Origin: the human T2T-CHM13v2.0 reference genome, Homo sapiens
Direction: 5' to 3' (one strand)
Assembly (NCBI RefSeq): GCF_009914755.1
Contig: NC_060931.1
DNA length: 64,000 nucleotides
The translations under genes and the position numbers were made by a program. Shown in pieces: positions 42,849 through 57,003 of this stretch. Under the pieces are notes generated by a model that did no database searches, had not been told where the DNA came from, and saw nothing but the letters and a program-made list of their open reading frames with translations. Numbering within the stretch: the stretch's first letter is position 1; each line of letters begins with the position of its first letter.

Positions 42849-44476
42849 TGTGATATCGTGAAATATATAGGACATTTAGTCTTTCTCTAAAGAAAACCCT
42901 AAAAGCCGGAATCTCCAGTGATTAGTGTGTCTTTTTTATGCTAATGAGACAGCATGACTCATTAGATAGTAGTGATTGGCAGCCCCTATACAGTTTAGAA
43001 TGAGTTTGGTTACCAGAAAAACCAAAGCCTAATTAGAGGGTTGGAACTTTCAGCCCCACTTCCCCAAGCTTCAGGGAGGGCAGAGGCGCTGAAGGTTGAG
43101 CTAATCACCAGTGCCCAATGATTTAATCAATTATGTTAATGTAATGAAGCCTCCATAAAAACCCAAAACAAGGTTCAGATGAGTTTTCAGATAGCTTAAT
43201 GGGTAGAGGTTCCAGGAGAGTGGCACGCTTTGTTATAGAACCCAACTGGGGCCCACTTTCTCCGTACAGTAAGACCAGATACCACACCGAGGTTTTGCAG
43301 GAGTAGAAAGGAAGGCATTTATTGGCAGAGCTCTAAGCAAGGCAAATCAGGGCAGCTGATGCTTCTTTCTCTCCTGAACTCCTCAATGGCTTGCAGGTAA
43401 GGGTTTTTAAAGGCAGGCACAAATTTCAGGAAAGCAGAAGTTACAGGCAAACTCATAAATCAAAACATGGACCATATACATTGGTTTGACCTCAAAAGGC
43501 AGGACCTCTTGAAGTAGGGGACCCACAGGCCAGAGGTGGATTCAAAGCTTTTCTCATTTGTGGCTGGTTCAGGACATGAAGCTTTGTTTAAAATTGGGGA
43601 TCAGCAGAAAATAATATTAGCTCTAGCTCATGGGCATGACTTCCTTCAGGCCCTCAGGAAGAAATTTGGAATAGAGAACAGTGGTCAGAGTTCAGTCCTC
43701 AGTTTTTCGAGTAGGCAGATCTGTTTGGTGGGGGTCTGGGTTTCTGAAAAACAAGTCAGGGGTGCATGTGAAGATATCTTGAGTTTCTATAGAGAACCAA
43801 ACATTGTTTTGACTAACTTCCTTGGCTGTTGTTTTAGACTACTATTACCTTTTTGCTTATTAAGTTGCTCATTTACTTCTCAAGGCTAGCTAGGTGCCTG
43901 GAATTTCCCTTGAAGGAGCTCAGGATTTTCCTTTATTTCCATGCTTCGGGGTTCCCCACAGCCTGCTAAAAGAGGGGTCCCTGCTCCATCTCAGCCTGGA
44001 AAGGGCATGGAAGCTCTGTGTCCCTTCTCCCATTCCCCACCCTATACATCTCTTTCATCTGGCTGCTCATTTGTATCCTTTGTAGTATCCTTTGTAATAA
44101 ACAGTAAATGTGAGCAGTATTTACCAGACTTCTCTGAGCTGCTCAAGCAAATTAATCAAACCCAAGAAGGGGGACCAGGAATCTTGATTTATAGCCAGTC
44201 AGTCAGAAGCACAGGTCACAACCTGGGGCTTGTGACTGGCATCTGAAGTGGGAAGCAGTATTGTGGGACTGAGCTTTAATCCGTGTGATCTGCTGCTGTC
44301 TCCAGGTAGATAATGTCAGCACTGAGTAGAATTACAGAGCACTCAGTTGATGTCCGCTGGAGAACTCATTGCTTGGTGTATGGGGAGAAATCCTCACACA
44401 TCTGGTGTCAGAAGTATTGTATTTACTGGTGTGTGAGAGTAAGAAAAACACTTTGTTTTTTTTCTATGTCTATTAA
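42849..44476 (+). mobile_element. MER21(A/B)-like LTR split by a nested LTR
   Basis: tgtgatatcgtgaaatatat...attagagggttggaactttcagcccc; 4-bp TSD ggtt at 42845-42848 and 44477-44480. Confidence 0.8.
43231..43993 (-). mobile_element. ERV1 solo LTR of the MER72/MER66 group
   Basis: Reverse strand begins tgagatggagcagggacccctc...gcatggaaataaaggaaaatcctgag; TG...CA termini; TSD gctt / gcct. Confidence 0.75.
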
Positions 44477-45581
44477 GGTTTCATAGAAAACTGACTCCCT
44501 CCCATCCCCTCCCCACCCCCCAAAAAAATCCACCTACTTTCTCTGGGAAGAAGGAGAAGAGTTAAGTTTTTGTTTGATTTACATAGCTTGAACAGAGTCA
44601 TTATTCTTTTTCTGTTTTGTGAATGTGGATCTAAGTTATATTTATCTCATTCCATTCTACATTTTTGGTGTCTCCCAAAGGAAAAGATATGTTTGAAAAT
44701 GAAAGGTCAGTATGTATTGTGAACATGGAAAAGGTTACTTCCATTTTTGTTGCTGTTCTTTCACAACTTTTGGAATTTGTGCCCTGTCAGTAGTGAAATA
44801 GGATTCCTTTGCATTTTTTTAATTTGTCAATTTACTTTTCTCACTTTATATCAGTAAATTATCCTTTTAAAATTTACTTTAGATGACTTTTCTGCTTAAA
44901 AAAAAAGTAACCTGACTTTTTTCTGTAAATAGAAATTTTAATAAAGACAATTTCTCAGTTATTCTTTATTAATTAATTCCAAGAGGCTTTGATGTTCTAG
45001 TTAAGAAAGTGATCAGGGCGATTTTCCTGATTTGCTGGCTGTCAGGTTGAAGTGAAGGACAACATCTTTTGTTAAAGCCTGTGTAGCCCTGAAACTTCTG
45101 CAAATGTCGCTTCTCAGAGGGCTGTGAGAGTAGGTTAGTTTTTCCACCTGTGCTCAAGACCACCCCCTTCCTTTCTTCAGGGCAGGCTTCTGAAGTCTGA
45201 GCTTGTGCTTTTTTATCTTGGGTGCTTATAAATATTTAAATTCCATCATAAACACATCCCACTGGCTTGGACACATTTGAGAAATGGCTCCAGTGGAAGA
45301 ACGTGGAAGAAATTTGGTTGTTTGAAGTTCCCTTTCCCACTGTGGGAATCTTCAGACTTCTTGGCTGTGCTAAAAACTACTGATCAGCCTGTGATGGCAA
45401 GATGGATACTCCATTGCTTGACTCTCAGTTGACCCTTGTCAATTATGTTGAGAAGATGAGACAATCTCTGCAGTGAATTTTAAGTTCATGTGTTTATTGA
45501 GCATATTAAGTGTCAACATTCACTCTCAGACGTTGTCACTTAAGTAGGTAACTGCGTGAAATGGCTTGGGATTTGGCAGTC

Positions 45582-46100
45582 TATATTAGTTCTCTATTAT
45601 TGCCATCACAAAGTTCCAGAAATGTCATGGCTTTAAACAAAACAAATGTATTATCTAACAGTTTTGTAGGTCAGAAGTCTCACATAGGTCTCACCAGGCT
45701 AAAATCAAGGTGCTGGCAGATGTATTCCTTTCTGGAGGTTTTGGGGGAAAAGCCATTTCCTTGATCATGTGTGTTACTGGCAGAATTCAAATCCTTGTGG
45801 TTGTATGACTGAGGTCTCTGTTTTCTTTGCTGGTTGTCAATAGAACGCTGTCTCTGGCTTCCAAAGCCTGCTGCATTCCTTGGCCCATGGCCCCTTCCTT
45901 CATCTTCAAGGATCAGCAAGGGTGAGTTGAGCCCTTCTCTTACTACATCTCACTTCCTGCAGCCAGGAAAGGATAATCCAGGATAATTTCTCCATATCAA
46001 GGTTTGTGACCTTAATTACATCCATACTTATTCATTTACATCACAGGTTTCAGGGATTAGGACATAGCATCTTTGGGGAGCCATTATTCTCTCTGCCATA
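45582..46100 (-). mobile_element. MLT1E-like LTR
   Basis: gtaggtcagaagtctcacataggtctcaccaggctaaaatcaaggtg...ggcagaattca...ggggagccattattct. Confidence 0.8.
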
Positions 46101-46568
46101 GTCATGGTGTTGTTTAATGGACAGAGATGCAAAGAGGCATTCCATTTTACTTAGATTCCATTTCTGAGACTCTACCCTCTCTTTAAAAAGCCTTCCTTGT
46201 AATTTTTTAAAACATTTTAATCAAAGTAATTCATACATATGGTTTGAAGAAACAAGTAGTATGGATAGATTTATAATGAAAAACAGCATAACCTTGTGCC
46301 ACCTCTCGTCTTCAGATTCTCGTCTCTGGAAAACTCTGAAAGTTATTTATTCAGCTAATTATATCTAGGTTTCTAAATAATACAGTTAATACCATTTCCT
46401 AATATTTTTTGAATTTTAGACATTTATTCTGTTCCATGGACAATGAGGATTTAGCTCTCTTGTTCCATTTTCTACACAACTCACAACCTGCTTCTCTCTC
46501 TCCCTTCCCAATATAATCTTATATCACTATTTTGGTTAAATAAGTAGCTAATATTTACATTACCATGA

Positions 46569-46948
<380 letters not shown>

Positions 46949-47544
46949 TGAGTATTTTCCTGAATTTAACAATTTTGACTTCATTCATACACTGCTTAAT
47001 TTTCTGTGTTTGTTCTAGTAATTCAGACCTAAATTCTCTGCTGGAGTTGTAAAACTGTGTGATACAATATTTAAAAATCAAGAAATTTACAAATTATAAT
47101 CTACCTAAAGATATTCCTCTTGGAGCCCTCTATCCTGTCTTCTGATGTGGATTAATTCTCTATAGACGTTGCTGTTTGACTGTCTTCCTGAATTGTCCTC
47201 TCACCATCAACTTGGGACCATTTTCTAGAACCCTGTTTTCCTATTGGAAAAAGATACATAGGATATAATTTTGTGGAGATTTTGCATGCATCTTTATCCC
47301 ATCTTTATCTTTGATTGGTAATCGGCCAGATGCCAGTCCTATTCTACCTTCAGAGTTGCTGTTGCATGCCTCATCCCATTCTAATTCTTCATCTTTTGAT
47401 TGTGGATTTTTTTCCCGTCTAGAAACTTTAAAAATAATCTTTTAATATCTGGTGACTATTTCTCAGTAATATGTTTTAGTGTAGATCTTTTGTCCAACCT
47501 TGTGCTAGTTGGTTATTCTTTGACTCATTTACACATAAGTTTTA

Positions 47545-47671
47545 GGCCGCACGCATGGCGCATGCCTGTAATCTCAGCACTTTGTGCAACCAAGGTGGGA
47601 AGATCCCTTGAGGTCAGAAGTTTGAGACCAGCCTGGCCAACATAGCAAGACCCCATCTCTATTGAAAAAAA
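47545..47671 (+). mobile_element. FLAM_C / free left Alu monomer
   Basis: Left monomer only, ending catagcaagaccccatctcta plus A-run. Confidence 0.8.
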
Positions 47672-47984
47672 TTCAAGCAATTTGGAAGTTTTCTTATATT
47701 AATTCTTTGAGAATTTCATACCACAGCTCAATCTGTTGTTACTTTCTAGATAGATCATCCTAGTTTTCTATCTCTTTTAGTTCTGTAATTCTATTTTATA
47801 GCTCATCTATCCAATTGTCTGCATTCACACTCTCGTTCTCTGAATGAAAGAGCATCCTGTTTTTATTTTTTTATGATTGTAATATTTTACCTGAGTAAAT
47901 GTGGTACAGTTGGTTATACTTTTCTTCTGGTTCCTGGTTTCCTGTTCCATTGTTTCCCTTTTTTTGCTTCACTTTGTCATGTTT

Positions 47985-48290
47985 GAGGCAGTAAGATGTA
48001 CAGGTTAGAAGCATGAGCTCTGGATAAAAACCAAAAGACTGTGAAACTGGCCATACTACTTAGTAGCTTGTGACCTTGAGCAAGTTACTTGACCTTTATG
48101 TACTTTACTTTCCTTACTGAAAAAATGAGAATAGTAATGGTACTTCTAAAACTGGTATAAAGTGGTAATTAAGTTTATGTGTATATATGAAAAACATTAA
48201 TCTATATATATAAAGAAGTTAATTTGCATAAAAATTAAAATATGCTTAGAATGGTGCTTGACACACAGAAAGACAGCATTAACTATTGAT
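47985..48290 (+). mobile_element. MIR
   Basis: tactacttagtagcttgtgaccttgagcaagttacttgacct. Confidence 0.75.
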
Positions 48291-51200
48291 ATTTCAGAGC
48301 GTGGCATTGATAAGCTGACTGGGAGCTTTGTATGTGTGAGTAGGATTTGACGACTGACAGCTTCTTGAGTGGAAGCAGATAAGATGGTAAGCGGGCTTTT
48401 TCATTGAAGGACCCCAAATATCAGCATCTACACATCCATTCTCTTGGTCTGTTCAGTTCTCTAGAGGGAAACTCTACACATCTCTGCCTGTGGGGTTTAA
48501 ACCTGATTGTCTTTGTTCTAGGAGCTCAGTCAGGGAAGGAGGATAGGGAATGTCAAATTTGGCATGTGAATTTTCAGTTAATTGTCTGGTTTTCTGCATG
48601 GAATATCACTTTTGTTCCCAGCTGTGGATGGTGTTACAAAATCTACAGCTTCTATGTTCAAAACCTCTAGAAGCTGGGGGAGGGGCAATCACCTATTTAC
48701 AAACTTTAAGCCGATGCTCATGTTTTCAGTGTTACCCTGCACACCCACCTTCCTCAGGTTACTCCAGTCCCAGGATTCACATGTTTGAACTGGCTTCTTT
48801 CTCACTGCCCTCACCCCCAACCCACAATTTCATTTTTTTCCCATCTTCTAAGTTGATTACTGCTTATCCACTGCATTTTCAGCCTGTAAAATGTTGTTAC
48901 CATCTATCATCATCTGTTGTTTCTACTCCTCTTCTCTTTGCCCTTCTAGGTTTGTTCTTGAAAAAAAAATTCTCTACTGTCATTTTGGTGGAGAATTATG
49001 AGGGAAGAGTAATAAACACTGTGTTCAACCTACCACATCTAATTGTCACTCTCCAAGCAAGGGCTAGCTTCATTGGCAGAAGGGGACAGGGAGGAAGCAG
49101 ACATTTAAGCAGAAATTCTTGTTTTGAGTTTTGTCTCCTTTTCTCTGACACTGGTGGACTCTGTTGATGTAGTAGTTGTGATTTCTTGAGGAGACTTTCA
49201 ATTTTACTCCAGCTCCCTCCCAGAGAGTGGCAGATTAATTATTTTTTAGCTGCATCAGTAGTTGATGGTCTAGTCCCTTCTACCTTTTTCTAATGGCCAT
49301 TTGGTGGCCCCACAGCTCCCATATCCCCTCCAACCTCTGTGTTCCTTTATGAGGAGCTGAGGAACCACTGAGTTCTTTCCACCCTCAAAATTTCGTAGAG
49401 AACTGGAATGGTTATACCCGCAATTTTTCTTCCCACAAACACCATACCGTTATAGCCCCTTCATGTCCTATTGGCATGAGCTGATCCAACAGATCTCAGT
49501 TCCTCAGTAATCTCTAGATGAGAAGCAAGCACTAGCCTCTATTTTTAATTTGTGCCACCTACACCCATACATACTTCAGAAGACTTATGGCAAGCTTCTT
49601 AGGAACTCCTTCACCAGGCTTCTGTGAAGGCTTCCAGGTTCTATGAGTGAGCAAGCTTGAAGCAGAGAGGCGGTGGCTATACTTGGAAATGGTGGAGATA
49701 ATTTATTTTTGTCCATTTCTTTTGTGTGTATTTGGAATTACAGGGCCCCCCAATATTTTTAGCCACCAGTTTATTTACCATGGAAGCAGTTTGTTAATTT
49801 GGAACTCTTCATCCTTCAACAGTTTTTATTGAATATTCAAGATGCTAAGACTTAATTTGGAAACTCTTATACAAATCTATAATCTCAATAGTATTCTTAA
49901 TGCAATGGTCAGTAATTATTAGTCCTTTGATAAGCAGAGACCTCGGGACTGCCATGGCACAATCAGTCTTGGCCCAACAGCTTCAACTTTCTTCCATGTG
50001 ACAATGTTGCAGTTGAAGCCATTGGAGACCCAGTCTTTCTCTGTTACACAGATTCCTGGATCAGCACATTCAGAAAAGGGTGTCTCTGTTACCAGAAATT
50101 TAAAGTGAGATGTTTCATGATAGGAATTTTGCTTCTGAATTCACGTTTGCCCCAAGAAATTACAATCCAAGTCTTGTACCCAGTCACTGGAATAGTTGCC
50201 ATGGCACTTCTATTTGTCTTGAAATTATATTTGTCGCTAAGATACCATGTAATAGTAAAAATTTAAAAACAACTCCCAAAGCCTCTAAGCAGTTGTATCT
50301 GAATTACAGATTTGTCATCAGACCACTAAAATATATATATAATATTTAAAAGAAGATAAGTTACAAAATTTCTAGCACATGTTGGTCACTGTTATATTAA
50401 AGACAATATGAAAAATAAAAAATTTCAAAGGAAATACACTCAAGTCTTAACACTAATAGTGTTTGGAATGAGATTGTGGTGTAAAAGTTAGGGCTAACTT
50501 TCCCCTTTTGAAAAATGTTTCTCTGCATGTTACACATTTCTTGTACTGAAATTATATTCTTTTTGAGTTAGAAAAAATAATTTACACAAGCACATGATAT
50601 AAATTACTAAATTAAATTAAAAGTAGCATATTTGTAGGTAAAATTAAGTATTTAAATTCTCTGTTCATATTTTAAAAAAAAATTTTGGAGAGAGTACAGA
50701 TTCTAAATCTTTACCCCATCACACTACTGAATTCTGAAAAGAAATGGATGTGTGTAAAGGCTAACTTAAAGGACTGTGGAGTGGAGCAAATATGGTAGGT
50801 TTTACATTGACTATTGCTGGTTCAGTTTATCAAGGAAGGAAGGAAAAGGAGAGACTTATTTTTCTGAGGCAGACCCAACTTAAAGTTTCTTTAAAAGCTT
50901 CTTGTAGGTTAAGACATGTTCAGAAAGCTGCAAACCACTACGTGTTCCAATTCACATTGCCCTTCATTTTTGCCTGTGTGTTTACTAATTTTTAGCCTGT
51001 CAAGTAATAGAAAAGGTAGCCTTGGGTGGAGCAGACATCTTGTTGTTCTAGAGAAGACTTAGGTGTCCAGTGGATAGCAAGCAATGAGCCCCCAAATTCT
51101 GGGGAAAATAAAAATATCACAAAGGCAATCTTTTTTACCTTTTTTATGTCTGAATTTTTTAAGAAAATCATAGATTTCCAAGCAAAGCAGAAAGACCATA

Positions 51201-52361
51201 GTTTGTTTAGAATGTCACTTTCAAGAGGATTATCGTGGGTAATTTTCCAATGAGAATATTTAGCAACTTTAGTGGAACATAATCCTCTCAGATTTCAGAC
51301 AGAGGCTTTCTACTCCTGCTGATCTTCCATAAGGACAAAATTCTTTCCTGACTTGTACTTCCTTCACACTATATGAAGGGCATCATATAGCCAACACAGA
51401 AAATCTTCTAGTGGAATCCTGGTGCAAATGAGATGAAACCATGGCTAAAGGCCCATTTCTTATAAACAGACCACGTCTGTTTGCTCCAACTCAAATTCTT
51501 GTAGCAGCCAAACTGGCTGGACAGTTTCACTTAATTGAGTGGCAGGGGGTGGGGTGGATGGATTGAAGGGTGGGGGGATTGGGGAGAAGGATATTGAGTG
51601 AGTCATAAGGATTAGCTGTGCATATTATTTTACTCAGGGTACTCTCTTCCCTAATTCCTATGACTTACCCCTATGGATTTTCCACATGTAAGCAACAAGT
51701 AGCCACTGTAAATTACCACTTAATAGGATCAGTTCCCTATGTCAGAAACCTAAAGTACTTCCACAGAATGGGAAATTAATATTTGGCTTTTGCTTTCTGA
51801 GAATCCATGCATATGGTCACCATACTACAAAGAATTTCAAATTCATATTTACATAAATGGATTTGTTCTCTTTGCATTTGTAATAGTAACATAAAGGAGT
51901 CTTCATAGTTGAGCCCCTTATTGTTGAGTCCAAAAAGGATGCCGAAAACATGTGGAGCTTGGGATATGGGCCAAGATGGTAAACATAATGGTTACAATTT
52001 GGTTGTCTGGGACTGTTGCCTTAAAGTTGTTGTATTCACAATATCATTATATATATGATTAAGAATATTTTTGTGACATGAGTAGACTTCTGCTCAAAAA
52101 ACAATTTATAAAACGTTTTAGAACCTTAAGTAGACCTTCTAGCTACCTTTAGATGTACTCTATAAATCAAATATTATCTTTCGTAAGCACTTACTTCTTC
52201 CCTATGCCTAATTATGTTAATTATTGCCCAATACATTAATTATATTAATAGGTATATTATGCTTAATATGTTAATTATTTAAAAACTACTTTCTCATAAT
52301 TCTTGCTGTAAGTCATATTAATGGAATAGCAAGATATAGAGAGATCAATTCATCCCTATAA

Positions 52362-52664
52362 TTTTTTTTTTTTGAGACAAGGTGAAACTCTGTCGCTCAG
52401 GCTGTAGTGCAGTGGCTGGATCTCAGCTTACTGCAACCTCTGACCTCCTCGGCTCAGATGATCTTCCCACCTCAGCCTCCCGAGTAGCTGGGACTACAGG
52501 CACGTGCCAAGATGCCTGACTGCCTGACTAATTTTTGTATTTTTTTGTAGAAACGGGGTTTCACCATGTTGCCCAGTTTGATCTTGAATTCCTGGGCTCA
52601 AGCCATCCACACTCCTCAGCCTCCCAAAGTGCTGAGATATAGGCAGGAGCCACCACACCTGGCC
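52362..52664 (-). mobile_element. AluJ(b)
   Basis: Reverse dimer with cctgggctcaagccatcc; TSD atccctataa / atccatataa. Confidence 0.9.
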
Positions 52665-53669
52665 ATCCATATAAACATTTGAGCTGAAATCTTAGGAGGA
52701 CCTAAAGGTTGTAACTAGAAGTCACTGACAGACACCCTCAAGGTCTGGTTCTTCTCCAGAGGAAAAGGCAAGAGCCCATCTGGACCAAATATACTTGGGC
52801 CTTTTGCACTTGGCTGTCTGATATTTCCTCTGGAATAGAAAAGGAAGACTCAGGAAAAACTGATATTGGGTCTTCCTACTGTTGGAGAACTAAGGATCTC
52901 AAAGAATGAAGACGGATTCTATAGAAACAGGAAACAAGTGGAGCTGCATGAAATCCTGGAGTGACCTGGCCCTCTACTTGAAGATGCAAGAAATGGTTTT
53001 TGGGCTCAAGGTCAATCAATATTTTCTCTTACGAACCTACAGTGTATATGAGACTGTGTAGACTCCTGAAAACTACTTGATTAATTTATGTGAGAAACTT
53101 TTTTTTTTTTTGCCTTTAGTACTGATATAAGACAGAACTTTTTCTCCTCACAGCTGGATCATACCCAGAAGCCATATTTCTTACTGATCATGAGCTATCA
53201 TAGCTATTGGGGTTTAGAAAGAATTGAAATCAGCATGATCAATAATTCTTCCCAGAAGTCAGGCCCAGCTTTCTGGTGAGAGTGGAATCAGATATAAACT
53301 TTTGATATATGTTAGATATACGCTAGATATATCAAAAGTTTAATGGAGCCAAACCAAGACAGCCTGCTATATCCACTCAGTGATGGCAGCCAGAAATTAT
53401 TAAAGTCTTGGCTTAAGAATCCTATCTTTATCTTCATACTAGAAACTTTTTTGACATCAGATTTATAGTATTCAAGTCAAATGGAAAGTCAAATGGATGT
53501 CTTTCTTTCTTAGAGTCTGCTTGGATGAACTCACCTAAAACTTGTCTTAGAATTCTTTTTTATCTAAAGTTTCAACAACCGCCTTCTTCTTTTCTAGGGA
53601 GAGGAATGGCATGGAGTTTGGGGAAGGAGGAATATAAAGAGAAGAAAATGTGGGCAGATTTCAAGAGAC

Positions 53670-53866
53670 ACAAAAATTTGTTAAGTGCTCACCATGTAGC
53701 AAAAATATTTATAACCCTTTCTCATTGGATTCTTATTGAAATGATCTATTTCATAGATAAACAGAGGTTCATGGAGGTCTTGCCATAGGAGGTGATAAAG
53801 CCAGAATTTGAACTAGATGTCTCTAATACCAAAAATTGTGCTGTTTCGCTGTATCACCTCTGCCTC
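53670..53866 (-). mobile_element. MIR
   Basis: ttaagtgctcaccatgt...gccagaatttgaactag...tcacctctgcctc. Confidence 0.6.
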
Positions 53867-54974
53867 ACCTATCCTAGTCACTCGTTAATAATGTCTCAGT
53901 AAACCCTATTCTGTGTCTGTTATGTCTCAAGGCTATGCTAGATGCTGAGCAGAGAAAGGGCTTGATACATTGCCATAAGTGGTATAGTAGTGGTACTTAG
54001 GGGGAATCATGAACAACTGAGTGGTGCAGACAAGGTAACAATTCTGTTTTGCAGGGAATGCAGATACTCGGTTCTATAAAAACTACAGTGAAGGTGGGAC
54101 ATTTAAGTCTTCCCCTGAGAATAAGGGTATTACTTTGCCAGGTTAAGAGGACAATGGATTGGGGCATAGAATAGGGAAATGAAGAAGCTACTTCAGGTTT
54201 AGGAAGTAAGAACAACAGAAGCAAAATTTGAAAGCTTGACAGTCCTGATTTTTTGGACTTCCGTGGTACAGCCAGTGAAGATGCAAAGGGTCTCGTACTG
54301 TGTATTAAGAGAATGGGAGCCTTCCTGGAGGTGAAACTGGATGAGAAAATTAGAGCTGTAAAATTTAATGATGGAGTAGAATATACTACTGCAGCACACA
54401 CTTTGGCTAACTCAGGAACAGTTCATAGAGCCTGGCTTCCTGGGACACCGGGATAGTTGTACTGGAGAGAGGATTCCAGAAGCAAAATAGATACAGAAAG
54501 GGCTCGGGCACCAATTCTAAATTTCATTTAAAAACTCAGCAAGAACCTGCTAGGCCTGTTTTCTTTCACCTAGAAGCCAGCTGAAATGGGTTCATGGTCC
54601 CATTCTACCAATGAGACACACAGTTGTGATGAGAGTGACACATTCTTGAGAATTGGTTGAGTAAGGGGAAGAAGAATAGCTTTGAGATATTCATGCTTTG
54701 TGCTAAGTGTCAGGAAAATGACCTGTTTAAGGGAAGTTTAGTTTGACTGAGCTAGTAGGGGTCATCTTTGAAATCATATTACTTCATCTCTACTATACGG
54801 GCTTTGGAGAGAGGAAAGGAGTTGTGAATGTCTCCTGGAGGGTCATCAGGAGCTACTTCTTAAACTAAGAATGTGCCTTATCTCCGCCCTAGTAGCCATT
54901 GTTTCCTGCAGTACAATAGACCAACTCTTCTCTTCACAGTCATTTCCCCCAGTACATTATTTTGTGAGTGATTA

Positions 54975-55164
54975 TGAGCCTGGGCTTTAACTCGTGATAG
55001 AAGTTTTTCAAGTACTGGCTCTACCACTTATGAGCTGTGTGAACTTGGACAAGTTAATTGACCTAGCAAAGCCTCCCTTTCCTTATTTGTGGATGAGAAT
55101 GATGGATGGTACTTAACTCACAGGGCCTGTGTGCAGATGAGATGAGACCTAGAATTAATAGCAC
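54975..55164 (+). mobile_element. MIR
   Basis: ctggctctaccacttatgagctgtgtgaacttggacaagttaattgacct. Confidence 0.75.
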
Positions 55165-55169
55165 ACTTT

Positions 55170-55397
55170 CAGGTGCTATTCCAAATGCTTTACATGCATT
55201 CATGCATTGAATTTTTGAAACGGTAACCATATAAGGTAGTGCCATCATTATCCCCATTTAACAGATGAAGAAGCTGAGGGCCAGAGAGGTTAAGTAAGTT
55301 TCCTAAAGTCACATGACTAGTTTCAGAGCTGGGATTTGAACCCAGGCTTTTAGGCTTCAGAGATAACACTATTTGGCTACTGTGCTATACTGCCTCT
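55170..55397 (-). mobile_element. MIR(b)
   Basis: attatccccatttaacagatgaagaagctgagggccagagaggttaagtaa...gggatttgaacccagg. Confidence 0.85.
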
Positions 55398-56955
55398 GAA
55401 GGAGCATGAATCACCTGGACATATTTGCTAAAAGATATAATCATGAAATAAATATCAGCCAGTCAAGAAAGCCTGACTTTTTATTTCAACCTGATGTTCA
55501 GCGTATTCCTCAGTATTAGAATTTTGGAAGCTCACCTTACCTCACTGGTGCATTAGCTGGTATTTATTTCTTCCCTAATCCAGTTACATGAACACAATTA
55601 AAATATTTGCTATTTCCATGACCTGGGAAAGTTCTACGGGAAGACACTTCTTTCAATCACTAATTTAAAACAATTTCATTTCAACCTCACAAAACACTGT
55701 CCCGCCCTCAGAAAAACGTCCTGCTGTGTTCTCACCATTCTTTTGGAAAACATTCCCACAGATCAAACAAATTAAAGATGTCAGGATCCATTGCACAGCC
55801 AATGTGTATCTAGATATTTCTTGTAGTGCATTTTCACTGAAGTTCAAGTTTATTCTGGTTTTATCAGCTATTGTCCTTAAAAGGGATCTCTAGATGTTGT
55901 AAAACTTGAGATCTTGATTTTGACTGGCTTCTATTTTCGTTTTCCGTTTTGAAAGTTTCTGTCAAAGGCCCCAAGTGTGAATGAGGAAGATTGCCTTTAG
56001 TCCTAAACCTACCAACTTGTTTCCGTTGTGCGAAAAGCTGACATGGAGAAAGTTCAGCAAGGATGTCAGGTCTGCCCTAACATAACTGTGATGGTTTGCA
56101 AAGCATGTGAGCAGGCTCCTGGCAAAACCCTGAGGAGAGGAACTTCTCCAGCTATAGCTCTGGGCTGCCATCCCTTTCTTGAACTTGGCACTTAATGAGC
56201 TGGCCCTTAGCTTCTTTGCATCTCAGAATCAGCTTGGAATAAGCTTTATTCTTGATGTCGAGCCTTTTCAGTTTTGTCTCTAGTATTTCCTTTGCAGCAG
56301 AAATTTTTATTAACATTCATAAATAACATTTTCCACATACTATCATTTATCTCTCTTCCACCTAACTTATCCCAGATTTTGTGGGGATTGTCTGAAAGTG
56401 ATTCACGTTGTTAGTGAACAATTTCTACATTGTTCTTGCTGGTTGCTAAATAGAGCCTTGCCCCTGGTTAAGTCAATGAGAAAGATACAAATTTGTCCTC
56501 TTTTCAACAGTTTGTTTCCTGTTAAACAAACTGAAGAAGATATAAAACAATTCTTGCCATCAGTAGTCAGATCCCTCTTTTAAAAAGACATCATGGCTAG
56601 GAAATGGCTCTGAACTTTCTGAGATGAAATGACTACCTTTCTTCTAGAAGTACTGAAAGAATTTACACCAAGTGGCTAGAGATGTTTTGGGGGGATTGGA
56701 TAGACCAGTATCACTTGGTGACCTGCTCAGCTGTAGTCACTTTGGCTTGAAGAGCAGACACATTTGTGCAGCTATCCCCTTTGTTTTATGATGTAAATCT
56801 TGTTTTTAGGATGAGTGCTTATGGGGCATTGTTGAGGGGTATTACAATTGCCATCTGCACCCAAATAGCCCAGATACTGAATTGCCTTAAGATGCCTTAG
56901 ACTTTCACCATTTTAATCATTTATTTCATTAATGTTATCTACCTAAACCCTTATT

Positions 56956-56956
56956 T

Positions 56957-57003
<47 letters not shown>

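Noticed and set aside
48550-49167. Longest ORF (205 aa)
   Set aside because: Antisense to an ancient LINE remnant; Leu/Phe/Ser-rich composition typical of non-coding frames; no recognisable domain.
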